Shown here in pieces: positions 27,128 through 35,737 of a DNA stretch of 64,000 bases (position 1 is the stretch's first letter; every line of letters begins with the position of its first letter). Made by a program: the position numbers and the translations under genes. This DNA comes from a virus (lineage: Duplodnaviria; Caudoviricetes): positions 8,671 to 72,670 of the IMG/VR virus record IMGVR_UViG_3300010163_001518. The stretch is one strand, 5' to 3'. A model generated the notes under the pieces. It did no database searches, had not been told where the DNA came from, and was given only the letters and a program-made list of their open reading frames with translations.

Positions 27128-27155
27128 AAAAAACCCACACCAAATGGTGTGGTTC
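27128..27155 (-). terminator. Intrinsic terminator after small ORF
   Basis: CCACACCA/TGGTGTGG stem plus T-tract on minus strand. Confidence 0.6.
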
Positions 27156-27175
27156 TTTCCAGCATTTTTCCTCAG

Positions 27176-27262
27176 TTACCGCTCACTGAAGATGACTGTC
27201 TCTTCCACGCCATAGATCATATCATCAATATCCTGCCCATTTACCACAAAAGACCATTTCAT
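27176..27262 (-). CDS. 28-aa small protein MKWSFVVNGQDIDDMIYGVEETVIFSER
   Basis: AAGGAGGA RBS, own terminator. Confidence 0.5.
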   Translation of the reverse strand: MKWSFVVNGQDIDDMIYGVEETVIFSER

Positions 27263-27513
27263 GGCTGCATTCCTCCTTTCCTTTTAGCTGTTATCAGTTT
27301 ACCATAATGTTCATGTGTTTGCAAGCATTTAATTGTTAACAAACCATTAAGTTTTCAGATTTTCTTGTTAATTCGTTCTATTTTTAGTTATTTTTACTAA
27401 ATATAGTCTTTTTCTACTATTCTATCCCTATATTTCGTGTGAACTCCCCCTCCCTCACTCCAAAAATCGGAGCAGGCGTCCAGACAAACGCCTGCTCCGG
27501 ATTCTGTCCTGTT

Positions 27514-27987
27514 TCAGTTCAGCAGCCACACGCCCAGATTCAGGTATGCGGCGAATGTGACCCAAGCAAGGTAGGGCACTTGCAGCCAGGCCGCCAAAGG
27601 GCTGACCTTGCGGAATGACAAGAGCATCCACAAAATCAGGCACCACAAAATGACCAGCCAGACCAGCGCAAATCCAAAGGCCTGGAGGTTAAAAAAGATT
27701 AGGCTCCAGCAAAAGTTGAACCCCAGCTGGACACCAAAGAGGATCAGACTGGCAGAGCGGGCCCCGGAAGCCGGCGACAGGGAAACAAGGGCGGTGCCGA
27801 TCCCCATCAGCGCGAACAGAATGACCCAGACGATGGGGAATACAATGCCGGGCGGCGACAGCGGCGGCTGTATAATGACCGTTTGATAGTACTCCATCCC
27901 GTCCCGAGTCAGCCACCCCGAGAGTCCCCCCACCGCCTCTGTAAGGACGATCCAAAACGCATATGATTTCCACGTGCGGCTTTTCAT
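27514..27987 (-). CDS. tspO: TspO/MBR tryptophan-rich sensory protein
   Basis: PPLSPPGIVFPIVW, QLGFNFCWSLIFF, LQVPYLAWVTFAAYLN. Confidence 0.93.
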   Translation of the reverse strand: MKSRTWKSYAFWIVLTEAVGGLSGWLTRDGMEYYQTVIIQPPLSPPGIVFPIVWVILFALMGIGTALVSLSPASGARSASLILFGVQLGFNFCWSLIFFNLQAFGFALVWLVILWCLILWMLLSFRKVSPLAAWLQVPYLAWVTFAAYLNLGVWLLN

Positions 27988-28215
27988 ACGATATCACCCG
28001 GGGATAGTATATGGAGGCAGCTGAAAATAATTCCCCGAGCCCCAGTGCAAATGCGGCCGGAAACGCTCACTTCCGCAGCCGCTGGCCGGCCCCGCCAAGC
28101 TTTAAGTATGGAGAACAGATTTTGTTCGCATTTTCTTTCCGTTGATAACAAAAAATGCTCCCAATTTAAAGCATATTTTTCCTAATTGAACGTAAGTTTC
28201 AAGCCCGAAAACGTG

Positions 28216-28332
28216 AGATTTAAGCGACAAGCCATAGCCGCCCATCAGAAGCAGACAAGTGGCAGACTGCGCCCGTTGCACACATAAAGCAAAACCCGGG
28301 AGCCAATACAATTACATTGGCTCCCGGGTTTT
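28216..28332 (+). repeat. Left copy of 117-bp direct repeat (integrase 3' end + hairpin terminator)
   Basis: Matches 62381-62497 with about 9 mismatches. Confidence 0.9.
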
Positions 28333-28336
28333 TCAT

Positions 28337-28359
28337 TGGTGCGGATGACGGGACTTGAA
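28337..28359 (-). other. tRNA 3'-end fragment (T-loop to CCA), att-like
   Basis: Minus strand TTCAAGTCCCGTCATCCGCACCA; no 5' half present. Confidence 0.7.
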
Positions 28360-28617
28360 AAAAAAATGACGCCCTTCATTTTCTCCCCATATGCAATCCA
28401 GCAAAGCACTGAAAATAAAGGTTTTTAATTTATCTTTATGGGTGCAAGCAGAAATATTTGCGCTCACTGGCCATATAGCGGATAATCAGCGGGTAAAACC
28501 AACTTCACAAAGCCTCTATTTCAACGCCGCCCGAGGCCCTGATAATATCGCTGTTAGCTTCCCGTAAAAGTACATCTCATGGAAGAGAAGTGTTCCTTCT
28601 GGACGCTTCAAAAAGCC

Positions 28618-29430
28618 TTACAGCAAGCCCATCTTGTCCAGCAGCGTAATGATCCGGCAGAATGTCTCATCCACCCGGATGGTATTGTCGGCGATGGTAG
28701 CCACGCTGCCGTCCTTGCCGCCGTCATAGCCCTTTAGAACGCCGCGCTCCATCAACTTTTTGACGCTGGGCTGGTACCAGCCCGGAACATCGTCCAGCGT
28801 CGGATACCACGCAGCTTCCTTCTGGCGCTCCAGCGCCTCTGCGATCATGGTCTGTACTTCCGCTTTGGTCATATCCTGTTCCTTTCTGTCCGCCGGTACG
28901 TGGCAGACAAAGTAGTATTTTACCTGCTGCTGCAGCAAGCTGATCTTGTTCCGCGCCCGCTCAGCTTTGGCGCTGGCCGGGTCGTTGATCAGGGCGTATT
29001 CCCCCTCTGTCCCGTACCAGAGGATGAAATGCCCGCCTCTGGTCCAGTTCCCCGGCCCCATGCAGGCAATGACTGCATCTCCGTTCTGGACCGCGGCCAG
29101 AGCGGCGCTGTGGTACTTTTGGGCCTCAGCCGCCCTCATACCGCGCAAATCGACCCAGTTGAGCTGCTCCCAGTCCAGACCATAGGCCCGTCCCTGGGGA
29201 CCGAAATAGGAGTAATACGTGCCGCTGTGGGGCGCTTTGTAGCCATTGCGCAGCGCCCACGCGCAGGTATCCGCCGGCGTGATCGACGGGGCGGCCAGCG
29301 TCGCGATGAGCATCGCCGCGCAGGTGGGACCGCAGCCGCTTTCCCGTATGTCGGTCTTCTCGCCCCTGGCGGAGTAGTCATTGCCGCCCCAGCGCGGATC
29401 ATACTGCTTATAATCGACCGGTTTATTCAT
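28618..29430 (-). CDS. Endolysin, C39-like cysteine peptidase
   Basis: YKQYDPRW, SGCGPTCAAM, GHFILW, INDP. Confidence 0.85.
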   Translation of the reverse strand: MNKPVDYKQYDPRWGGNDYSARGEKTDIRESGCGPTCAAMLIATLAAPSITPADTCAWALRNGYKAPHSGTYYSYFGPQGRAYGLDWEQLNWVDLRGMRAAEAQKYHSAALAAVQNGDAVIACMGPGNWTRGGHFILWYGTEGEYALINDPASAKAERARNKISLLQQQVKYYFVCHVPADRKEQDMTKAEVQTMIAEALERQKEAAWYPTLDDVPGWYQPSVKKLMERGVLKGYDGGKDGSVATIADNTIRVDETFCRIITLLDKMGLL

Positions 29431-29473
29431 CGCCGCCCATTAGCTCCTGGACCTTCTGGCTCTGGGTGCCAAA
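29347..29473 (+). repeat. Copy A of 127-bp holin-end/endolysin-start repeat
   Basis: Aligns with 30137-30263. Confidence 0.85.
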
Positions 29474-29527
29474 GATGTAGTCCATAGTTGACTCCTTTCT
29501 TAATTGGCCGATCATCTCAAAAAAGCC

Positions 29528-29561
29528 TTGACTTTCCATCATATGTACGCTATCATGTACA
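29528..29561 (+). promoter_or_regulatory. TA promoter with TGTAC(A) operator cores
   Basis: TTGACT-17-TATCAT; TGTAC at 29544 and TGTACA at 29556. Confidence 0.65.
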
Positions 29562-29586
29562 TATAATAAGCCATGAGGTGATCGTG

Positions 29587-29838
29587 ATGACAAATACAAA
29601 TATTACAGCTTTTCGAAAAAACGTGTTCGGCTATGTGGATCAGGCGGTAACCTTTGGCGATGTAGTCAATATCTCCACAAAAAACGGCAATGCCGTTATC
29701 CTCAGCGAGGCCGATTACAACAGTCTCTTAGAGACGCTGCATCTCGCTTCTATCCCTGGCATGGTGGACAGCATCAAGGCTGCCGACCAGGAGCCTCTGT
29801 CTGATTGCATCCCATACGACCCCAATGAGGTGTGGTGA
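29587..29838 (+). CDS. yefM: Phd/YefM antitoxin
   Basis: NITAFRKN, ISTKNGNAVILSEADYNSLLETLHL. Confidence 0.9.
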   Translation: MTNTNITAFRKNVFGYVDQAVTFGDVVNISTKNGNAVILSEADYNSLLETLHLASIPGMVDSIKAADQEPLSDCIPYDPNEVW

Positions 29839-30098
29839 TGTATCAGATTTTCTTCACGAAACAAGCTGCAAAAGACCGGCGGTTCATTGCCCAGGCGGGG
29901 CTGGAGCAACGAGCCAAGTCGTTGCTGGCTGTTTTGGCAGAGGACCCTTTCCGTAACCCGCCTCCTTGGGAGAAACTGGTGGGGGATCTGTCTGGATATT
30001 ACTCTCGACGCATCAATATCCAGCACCGGCTGGTCTATTCCGTGGACCAGAACGCAAAGGTTGTCAAGATCCTCCGTATGTGGACCCACTACGAATAA
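29838..30098 (+). CDS. yoeB: Txe/YoeB mRNA interferase toxin
   Basis: EKLVGDLSGYYSRRINIQHRLVY, WTHYE end; TGATG overlap with antitoxin. Confidence 0.92.
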   Translation: MYQIFFTKQAAKDRRFIAQAGLEQRAKSLLAVLAEDPFRNPPPWEKLVGDLSGYYSRRINIQHRLVYSVDQNAKVVKILRMWTHYE

Positions 30099-30136
30099 GC
30101 CGCCGCAGCAGAGACCGGGGAGCCCCCCGCCGACGC

Positions 30137-30263
30137 TATGTCGGTTCTCTCGCCCCTGGCGGAATAGTCATTACCGCCCCAGCGCGGGGCATCCTGCTTA
30201 TAATCGCCTGGTTTATTCATCGCCGCCCATCAGCTCCTGGACCTTCTGGCTCTGAGTCCCAAA
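30137..30263 (+). repeat. Copy B of 127-bp repeat, contains truncated endolysin 5' fragment
   Basis: Aligns with 29347-29473. Confidence 0.85.
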
Positions 30264-30416
30264 ATAGAACGCGATGATAACCGCATAAATGGTCATAAAG
30301 TCCTGGCTGATCTGCCCGGTGACCGACATATAAGCAAATACACAGGTGAGCGCCAGCGTCACAAGGCTCTTGACCGACAGCAGCGCTGCGATCCGCTTCA
30401 TAATCTTCTCGTGCAT
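30213..30416 (-). CDS. Holin
   Basis: Two TMs, VKSLVTL, IIAFYFGTQ. Confidence 0.8.
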   Translation of the reverse strand: MHEKIMKRIAALLSVKSLVTLALTCVFAYMSVTGQISQDFMTIYAVIIAFYFGTQSQKVQELMGGDE

Positions 30417-30530
30417 GTTATCCCTTTCCGGGCGCAAAAGCGCCCTGCCGTTTTGTGCTTGACAATTCACGGCAGGGTGCTTTTGCGCCGCTTCTTGTCA
30501 ATTTCGCCGCCCTTTCACCGGGCGGCTTTT

Positions 30531-30913
30531 TTACTGCCCCTGGCTCTGTCCCCAGAGCCCTCCGTTGTTGTGCTCAAAAATGTTTTCCAGCACCTTCAGC
30601 CCACTGGTGCCAAGAAGGGTGGTAATGGCCTGTTGGCTCAGCTCCACCACCGGGAAAGGCTGTCCCAACCGCACGGTGGAATAGATGGCGATGGCATAAG
30701 AGATGGACACCCATCCAATGGCCGCAATCTGGGTGGTGAGGAAGAGGATGCGGGTAACGGACCGCACCTTCCGCCTTGCCGATTCCTCATTGTCCGGCGT
30801 TCTGGGCTTCCTTTTCCTCCCGGCCCCGGGGCTTTCCCGGATGGTTGCAGCCAGCATTACCATCCCAACAAGGATGGATACCGGAACGATCAGCAGCAGC
30901 CATTCTGCCCGCA
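30531..30913 (-). CDS. Membrane protein of lysis region
   Basis: Several hydrophobic segments; start uncertain. Confidence 0.55.
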
Positions 30914-30916
30914 GCA

Positions 30917-31210
30917 TCATAGCCCCACCCGCGCCAGAAGAAACGCAATTACCGCCGCCGCCACCGCCCAGATGACCTTGTCCACCAATCCCTCCCACCG
31001 CTTCCGCGGCTTGTCTGTTAAGGATTTCATATCCTCTTTGATTTCCCCAACGTCTCGCTGGATATGCTCCTGCTCTTTCGCCAGAACTGCCACCGAGGAC
31101 ACCAGCTCGTCCAAATTATCCTGCCGCTTCTCAACTTCTTCCAGCCGGTGCGTATTGGACTTTGCCCGGCCTTCCACGGCGGTCAGCCGTTTCTCGTGAT
31201 CCAGATCCAT
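30917..31210 (-). CDS. XhlA-like coiled-coil/TM protein
   Basis: EKRLTAVEGRAKSNTHRL, C-terminal TM. Confidence 0.75.
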   Translation of the reverse strand: MDLDHEKRLTAVEGRAKSNTHRLEEVEKRQDNLDELVSSVAVLAKEQEHIQRDVGEIKEDMKSLTDKPRKRWEGLVDKVIWAVAAAVIAFLLARVGL

Positions 31211-31224
31211 CGGCCACCCCTCCC

Positions 31225-31425
31225 TTAATCTCCGGGATTCACTCCATCAAAAGGCTCTCCCATGTACTGTCCATACTGTTCCGCAGTGATGACTCCATCA
31301 GACATGTCCGCCCTCGCCAAGATACGCACGTCTTCTTTCACGTTTTCTGGGACAGCCGCAAACGTACGGACCCCTCGTTTCATGCTGCGCCAGTAACTAT
31401 GAGCAATTGCTTTCACCACCATCAT
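31225..31425 (-). CDS. Small phage protein (tail-end region)
   Basis: RTFAAVPENVKEDV motif. Confidence 0.6.
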   Translation of the reverse strand: MMVVKAIAHSYWRSMKRGVRTFAAVPENVKEDVRILARADMSDGVITAEQYGQYMGEPFDGVNPGD

Positions 31426-31799
31426 CCTCCCATCATTTCGTAAAGTTCCATCAGCGCCTCATCCTGCTGTGCGTTGATCGCTTCCTGCTCTGCATGCGCC
31501 TCATACAGGGCAATGGCGGCCTCGTCCGCTTGTGCCAGCGAATCTTCCAAGCCTGACACCCGTTCCTCAATCGTGGGCATTGCCGGGGGCTCCGGCAGCT
31601 TGGGCCGCTCAGTAGGCGTAATCCCCACCAGCACGCCGTCCTGGATATCCAGCACGCAGTAGCCCACGCAATCCCATGCCGCGTCTGCCAGCTCCGGGGG
31701 CACTGCAATCCACCCTTCCAGCCAGCACTCTTTTCTATGGCTCTGGCTCTGAAGGCCATGCCCACCGTCTTCTCCTGCAGCGATCTCGATAATCGTCAT
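31422..31799 (-). CDS. Hypothetical phage protein
   Basis: MTIIEIAA...GWIAVP...DEALMELYEMMGG. Confidence 0.6.
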   Translation of the reverse strand: MTIIEIAAGEDGGHGLQSQSHRKECWLEGWIAVPPELADAAWDCVGYCVLDIQDGVLVGITPTERPKLPEPPAMPTIEERVSGLEDSLAQADEAAIALYEAHAEQEAINAQQDEALMELYEMMGG

Positions 31800-31821
31800 A
31801 CACGTTCCTCCTTCCCATGTT

Positions 31822-31838
31822 GTGTCCGATTCGGACAC
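31822..31838. promoter_or_regulatory. GTGTCC-N5-GGACAC palindrome, copy 1
   Basis: GTGTCCGATTCGGACAC. Confidence 0.7.
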
Positions 31839-31842
31839 GTTT

Positions 31843-33114
31843 CTATTGTCCGTACCCGGATGCTAACAATTGGATCAGCACGGCTGGAGGGCGGTGGAAC
31901 GTCTTTGCCAGCTGAAGCAGTACATGATATCTCCATTCAGCAGGCCGCAGTTCCAGAGAAAACCCGCCCATCGGGATACTTTCATCTGTGAAAATATCCC
32001 ATGTCCGGATCAACGCCCTGTCTGCAGTCCGGACAATCGTCGAGACCTCTCTCTTCTGGCGCATCGCGATCTGCGTCTCCGTCAGCCCCAGCGCCAATTG
32101 ATACAGGACCCGTTTCTGTGGCAAACTCAGGCTCAGGCTCGTCTCGATCCAATTCCTAAAGTCAATCATCCCGTCGCTCAGAACAAACCGCCTTGCTGCA
32201 AGACGTTCAAATAAGACACGCTGCAGACTGTCCTTCGCCCTGCGCACAGCGTGAGATACCGAACTGGGGCATATCCCCAATTCTTGGGCAATCTCCGCCT
32301 GGGAACGCCCTGCAAAACTCAGGGACAAGCATTGTCGCTGGGCCCTGGGCAACCCCTTTATCGCGTTTTTCAAGCAGACGCTCAGCCGGGCTTTTTCGCC
32401 TGAATTTCCCTGCTGCATCTGCTCGATCTCGTCCCAGGTCATGCCATCCACCTGATCCCATGTGACCCCTTCCAGCGTATAAAGATCTGTCCGCCCCCGG
32501 CCCGGACGGCTCATCCGGTGCGCCTTCGGCCGCTCAACAGATCCAACCGAAGCGGCCGCTTCCACTTTCACGGCCACCCTTAACTCCCGTTGGCGTTCCG
32601 TCAACAGTTCAATATGGTAATCCAGCGCATCTTGTTCTTCCGGGGAGCGCACAGCGGACTGTCTGAGCTCCTGGAGCTCAAGTTCCACAGCGGCAAGTTC
32701 TTGCTGGCTGACAGTTGCCTGGGGCTCGATTTTTTCCACTGCTTGGTCTGGCTGTTCGTTATAGCAGGGCAGCGCCTCCCTTAGCCGCGCTTCCATTTCC
32801 GCCACCCGCTCCTGCAAAAGCTGGATGCAGGCGGCATTGTAGCGTGCTGCATACCCCTTTGCCCCATCAGGGTCGATTTGCCGTGCAGTCTCAACGCAGC
32901 CCCGCGCCATCTGCTTGAGCAGGGCGGCGTCAGACATCGTCTGATAAAAACTTGCGGTGCTCTCCCCCTCTGTAAGCGCCCGCAGCCGCGCGGATGCGCG
33001 CCGTCTCAGGGTGCGGGCTGTAAAGCGGTACTCATCCGCCCAGGCCCGCCGCGGGTCAACAGGTATATCTGGGATCTTTGCGATAGCCTCGGGCGTAATA
33101 GTTTCGGCAAACAT
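31843..33114 (-). CDS. Protein with coiled coil and two sigma70-region-4/LuxR-like HTHs
   Basis: LPRAQRQCLSL...SQAEIAQELGICPSSVSHAVRRA; LSLPQKRVL...TETQIA. Confidence 0.7.
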   Translation of the reverse strand: MFAETITPEAIAKIPDIPVDPRRAWADEYRFTARTLRRRASARLRALTEGESTASFYQTMSDAALLKQMARGCVETARQIDPDGAKGYAARYNAACIQLLQERVAEMEARLREALPCYNEQPDQAVEKIEPQATVSQQELAAVELELQELRQSAVRSPEEQDALDYHIELLTERQRELRVAVKVEAAASVGSVERPKAHRMSRPGRGRTDLYTLEGVTWDQVDGMTWDEIEQMQQGNSGEKARLSVCLKNAIKGLPRAQRQCLSLSFAGRSQAEIAQELGICPSSVSHAVRRAKDSLQRVLFERLAARRFVLSDGMIDFRNWIETSLSLSLPQKRVLYQLALGLTETQIAMRQKREVSTIVRTADRALIRTWDIFTDESIPMGGFSLELRPAEWRYHVLLQLAKTFHRPPAVLIQLLASGYGQ

Positions 33115-33292
33115 CCCCTACCCCCCTCGTATCATCCAGCATTTTATTCACAATGGCGATCTCAGCGGACAGCGCCAACCGGCGCCCTGCGCCGTTACAT
33201 GCGTCCATCTCCCGCTGCAGCCGCCGGCGGTACAGCTTCAGCCGGACCGCCGCATCCGTATAGCTTGACGCAAGCTCGCTCAACTTCGCCAT
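33056..33292 (-). CDS. Hypothetical protein
   Basis: 78 aa co-oriented, follows baseplate gene. Confidence 0.55.
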   Translation of the reverse strand: MAKLSELASSYTDAAVRLKLYRRRLQREMDACNGAGRRLALSAEIAIVNKMLDDTRGVGDVCRNYYARGYRKDPRYTC

Positions 33293-33294
33293 TT

Positions 33295-33882
33295 TTATAC
33301 TCCCTCTCCATGGACATAAAACGTCCCTTCAAAGTCGGCCCACCGAGGGAAGGTCTCTTCCATCTGCTGCCACGTAAGCCGCTCTGCTTCCAGGTCGCCC
33401 CAGCAGATCGGGCTTAAAACACACATCAGGTGGGCAGGCTTCAATTCCTCTATCGCTGCCAGCAGCTCCTCCGCGGGAATTTTGGCGAAACGGCTGCTTT
33501 TGTCCGAAAAATAGATGTGGAACGTGTAGTGCGCAGCGTCCTCCTGTACGGTAACGCTCCAACCGGTAATGGCCACCGCCACCTGGCGGATGGCCTCCAC
33601 CGTCGCCGTTCCAGCCGCCAGCATGCGCGACACTACGGCGCTCCGCCGCTGTGCAAAGTCCAGCCTGCTGTCCGATTGGATGCCCACCAGGCGCTCCCAT
33701 TCCGACAATCCCCATGTGGCCGTGCGGATGTTGAACTGCCGCGCTGTCTCGTCCAGCGCCTCAGCCGCCCTAAGCGACGCGTTGGTCAGCGCGTCGATCA
33801 AAGCTGCGCTCTCCGGGCTGTTCCTATGATAGTCCGGGACCTGCTCATAGGCTGGAAGGGCTGCCTCAAGCATGTTATCCAC
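33295..33882 (-). CDS. Baseplate wedge protein (DUF2313/XkdT-like)
   Basis: TATWGLSEWE, IEELKPAHL. Confidence 0.85.
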   Translation of the reverse strand: MDNMLEAALPAYEQVPDYHRNSPESAALIDALTNASLRAAEALDETARQFNIRTATWGLSEWERLVGIQSDSRLDFAQRRSAVVSRMLAAGTATVEAIRQVAVAITGWSVTVQEDAAHYTFHIYFSDKSSRFAKIPAEELLAAIEELKPAHLMCVLSPICWGDLEAERLTWQQMEETFPRWADFEGTFYVHGEGV

Positions 33883-34954
33883 CTCCTGCCGACACGGTGA
33901 CCTTCCCGACTACCGGCACCTGATTCGTGCTCAGCGCCAAGTTGCTCTGTCCGCCATTGACCAAAAAGCTCTTATAGTCCAGCACATGCTCACATACAAG
34001 CAGCAATGACAGCAGCCTGCTGTATCGGATGGTCTCGCCTGACGCAAACGGGATCGAAGACAGCAGCTCCGACACCGCCGCAGTCAATTCCTGCTCAATC
34101 GCCGTCAGGCTGCCCCCGTCGGTCAGAACCGTCGCCGTGATATGAATCGTCAGGATCTCTGCGCTCACCACGGTCACTGCCGCACCAACGGGCCGCAGTG
34201 CTTCAATATGGGCGGCGCACTCCGCCGTTACAGCACTGTCTACCGGCTGTTTGGAGGGAGATCCGACGACCACCTTAACGGTCCCCGGGCCATTCCACAG
34301 CGGCACGCATGCGGCATAGCCAATGCCGGGCGTCTCCTTGGCCCAGCGTACATAGTCAGCTGCGTTTCCCGAACTGGACGGGATGCTAAACCGCTCCTTC
34401 AGCCGGCGGTAAAAATCCACGTCGCTTTCGTCGTCGGTCCCTCCGGTGGCCCCTTCCGGATTCGTAACATTGGAAACGCCGGTAATGTTGATGCTCATAC
34501 TGGTCACCGTGTTCGGCCCTACGTTGTAGTCCGCGCCAATCTCGCTGGCTTCCGCTGCCACAACGGCCGCCCCTCCGGCGATGGTCACAGCTGCGGTGGT
34601 GGTAAACCTCAGCCCGCTGCCAGGCACATACAGCGCGGTCCCCTCCGGGATACCCACCCCATCCATACCGGAAAATTTGACCTGTACCGTCGCCTTCGTC
34701 CCCTTTGTGCGGGACATGCCCACATCCGAGGCCTTTGCGTCAATATAGTGCCCGGAAGTCTCATCCGGGACCGCCGCCAGCAGCAGCTCCGGGATCTTTT
34801 GATACAGCTTCCAGTTCTGATAAGCCGCCTGGCTGATCAGAATATCGGAATAACTGCCCTCCCTGACGTCAATGGCCGCGCCGCTCTCCTTCAGTTCAGA
34901 CAACATCTCCCTTTTGATGGACTCCGGCGTCACCTCATCATAGATCGTCTGCAT
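33875..34954 (-). CDS. Baseplate J/gp47-like protein
   Basis: DVREGSY, GGTDDESD, SGNAADYVRWA, PLWNGPGTVKV. Confidence 0.92.
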   Translation of the reverse strand: MQTIYDEVTPESIKREMLSELKESGAAIDVREGSYSDILISQAAYQNWKLYQKIPELLLAAVPDETSGHYIDAKASDVGMSRTKGTKATVQVKFSGMDGVGIPEGTALYVPGSGLRFTTTAAVTIAGGAAVVAAEASEIGADYNVGPNTVTSMSINITGVSNVTNPEGATGGTDDESDVDFYRRLKERFSIPSSSGNAADYVRWAKETPGIGYAACVPLWNGPGTVKVVVGSPSKQPVDSAVTAECAAHIEALRPVGAAVTVVSAEILTIHITATVLTDGGSLTAIEQELTAAVSELLSSIPFASGETIRYSRLLSLLLVCEHVLDYKSFLVNGGQSNLALSTNQVPVVGKVTVSAGGG

Positions 34955-35369
34955 GCAATGTCACCTCCCCATAGATCGTCTGGATCCGGACAGTTAGGTG
35001 CAGCTCCGCCCCCACCAGCTGAATCTCTGCCTGGGCCACCTCGGTGATATACGGGTTGACCTTCAGCGTCTCCCTGATATACCGCAGGGCCTCTTCCCGC
35101 CGTATCGCCTCAAGATACGGCTTTCCGGTCAGCTCCCGCAGGGCCTGGCCCAGCCCCCGGGTAAACACGGCGTGTGCGCCCCGCTCCGTGTGCAGCGCGT
35201 TCCACGCCCAGGCCTTTACCGCCTCTGCGCCGGTGGCAACCACCGGACGGCCATCCCGCCACACCGGCCGGTTCTCTTCATAGTTCCAGGCAATCTCCCG
35301 GTACAGCGGAAGGCCGCCGGATGCTGCCGCTCCGCCTTCCGGCGGCGTAATCAGTGGAAAAAGGCTCAT
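34938..35369 (-). CDS. Baseplate protein (DUF2634/XkdS-like)
   Basis: GAEAVKAW, AL.TER, YIRETLKVNPYIT. Confidence 0.85.
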   Translation of the reverse strand: MSLFPLITPPEGGAAASGGLPLYREIAWNYEENRPVWRDGRPVVATGAEAVKAWAWNALHTERGAHAVFTRGLGQALRELTGKPYLEAIRREEALRYIRETLKVNPYITEVAQAEIQLVGAELHLTVRIQTIYGEVTLHADDL

Positions 35370-35737
35370 ACCGTCACCACCTTGTCCACCACATAGTACA
35401 CTTGCTGGTCATCCGATGGGATCAAAAGCACCTCGTCCCCCTTTGCCAGGGCGGCCTCTGGAATACTCAGGTTAAATTCGCTGCTCACGGGATAGGGCAC
35501 CTTGTCCACCACTGTGACCAATCCTGTTTGGATGCAGAATTCGCGCTCCGGCAGCAGAAGGTGCCTGCACACTCTCAAGTCGTCCCCGCTCAGCTCCAGC
35601 CCTCCTGCCCGGATCGTCAGGCCCGGGAATGGGCTCAGCACCGTCCCAATGCATACGCCGGGGCGCGCACGCGCGCTGGCGTCCTGCCTCAGTTCGCTCA
35701 GAAGCCCAAGATATGGGTCTCTCCCTTCCATCGTCAC
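35366..35737 (-). CDS. Baseplate protein (DUF2577/XkdR-like)
   Basis: GTVLSPFPGL, LAKGDEVLL, YYVVDKV. Confidence 0.8.
   Translation of the reverse strand: MTMEGRDPYLGLLSELRQDASARARPGVCIGTVLSPFPGLTIRAGGLELSGDDLRVCRHLLLPEREFCIQTGLVTVVDKVPYPVSSEFNLSIPEAALAKGDEVLLIPSDDQQVYYVVDKVVTV

Noticed and set aside
28102-28311. 69-aa minus-strand ORF over the left repeat
   Set aside because: Overlaps the integrase-end/terminator repeat; no RBS or motif.
29347-30263. 127-bp repeat pair as a DGR template/variable repeat
   Set aside because: Differences are not adenine-specific and no reverse transcriptase is present in the window.
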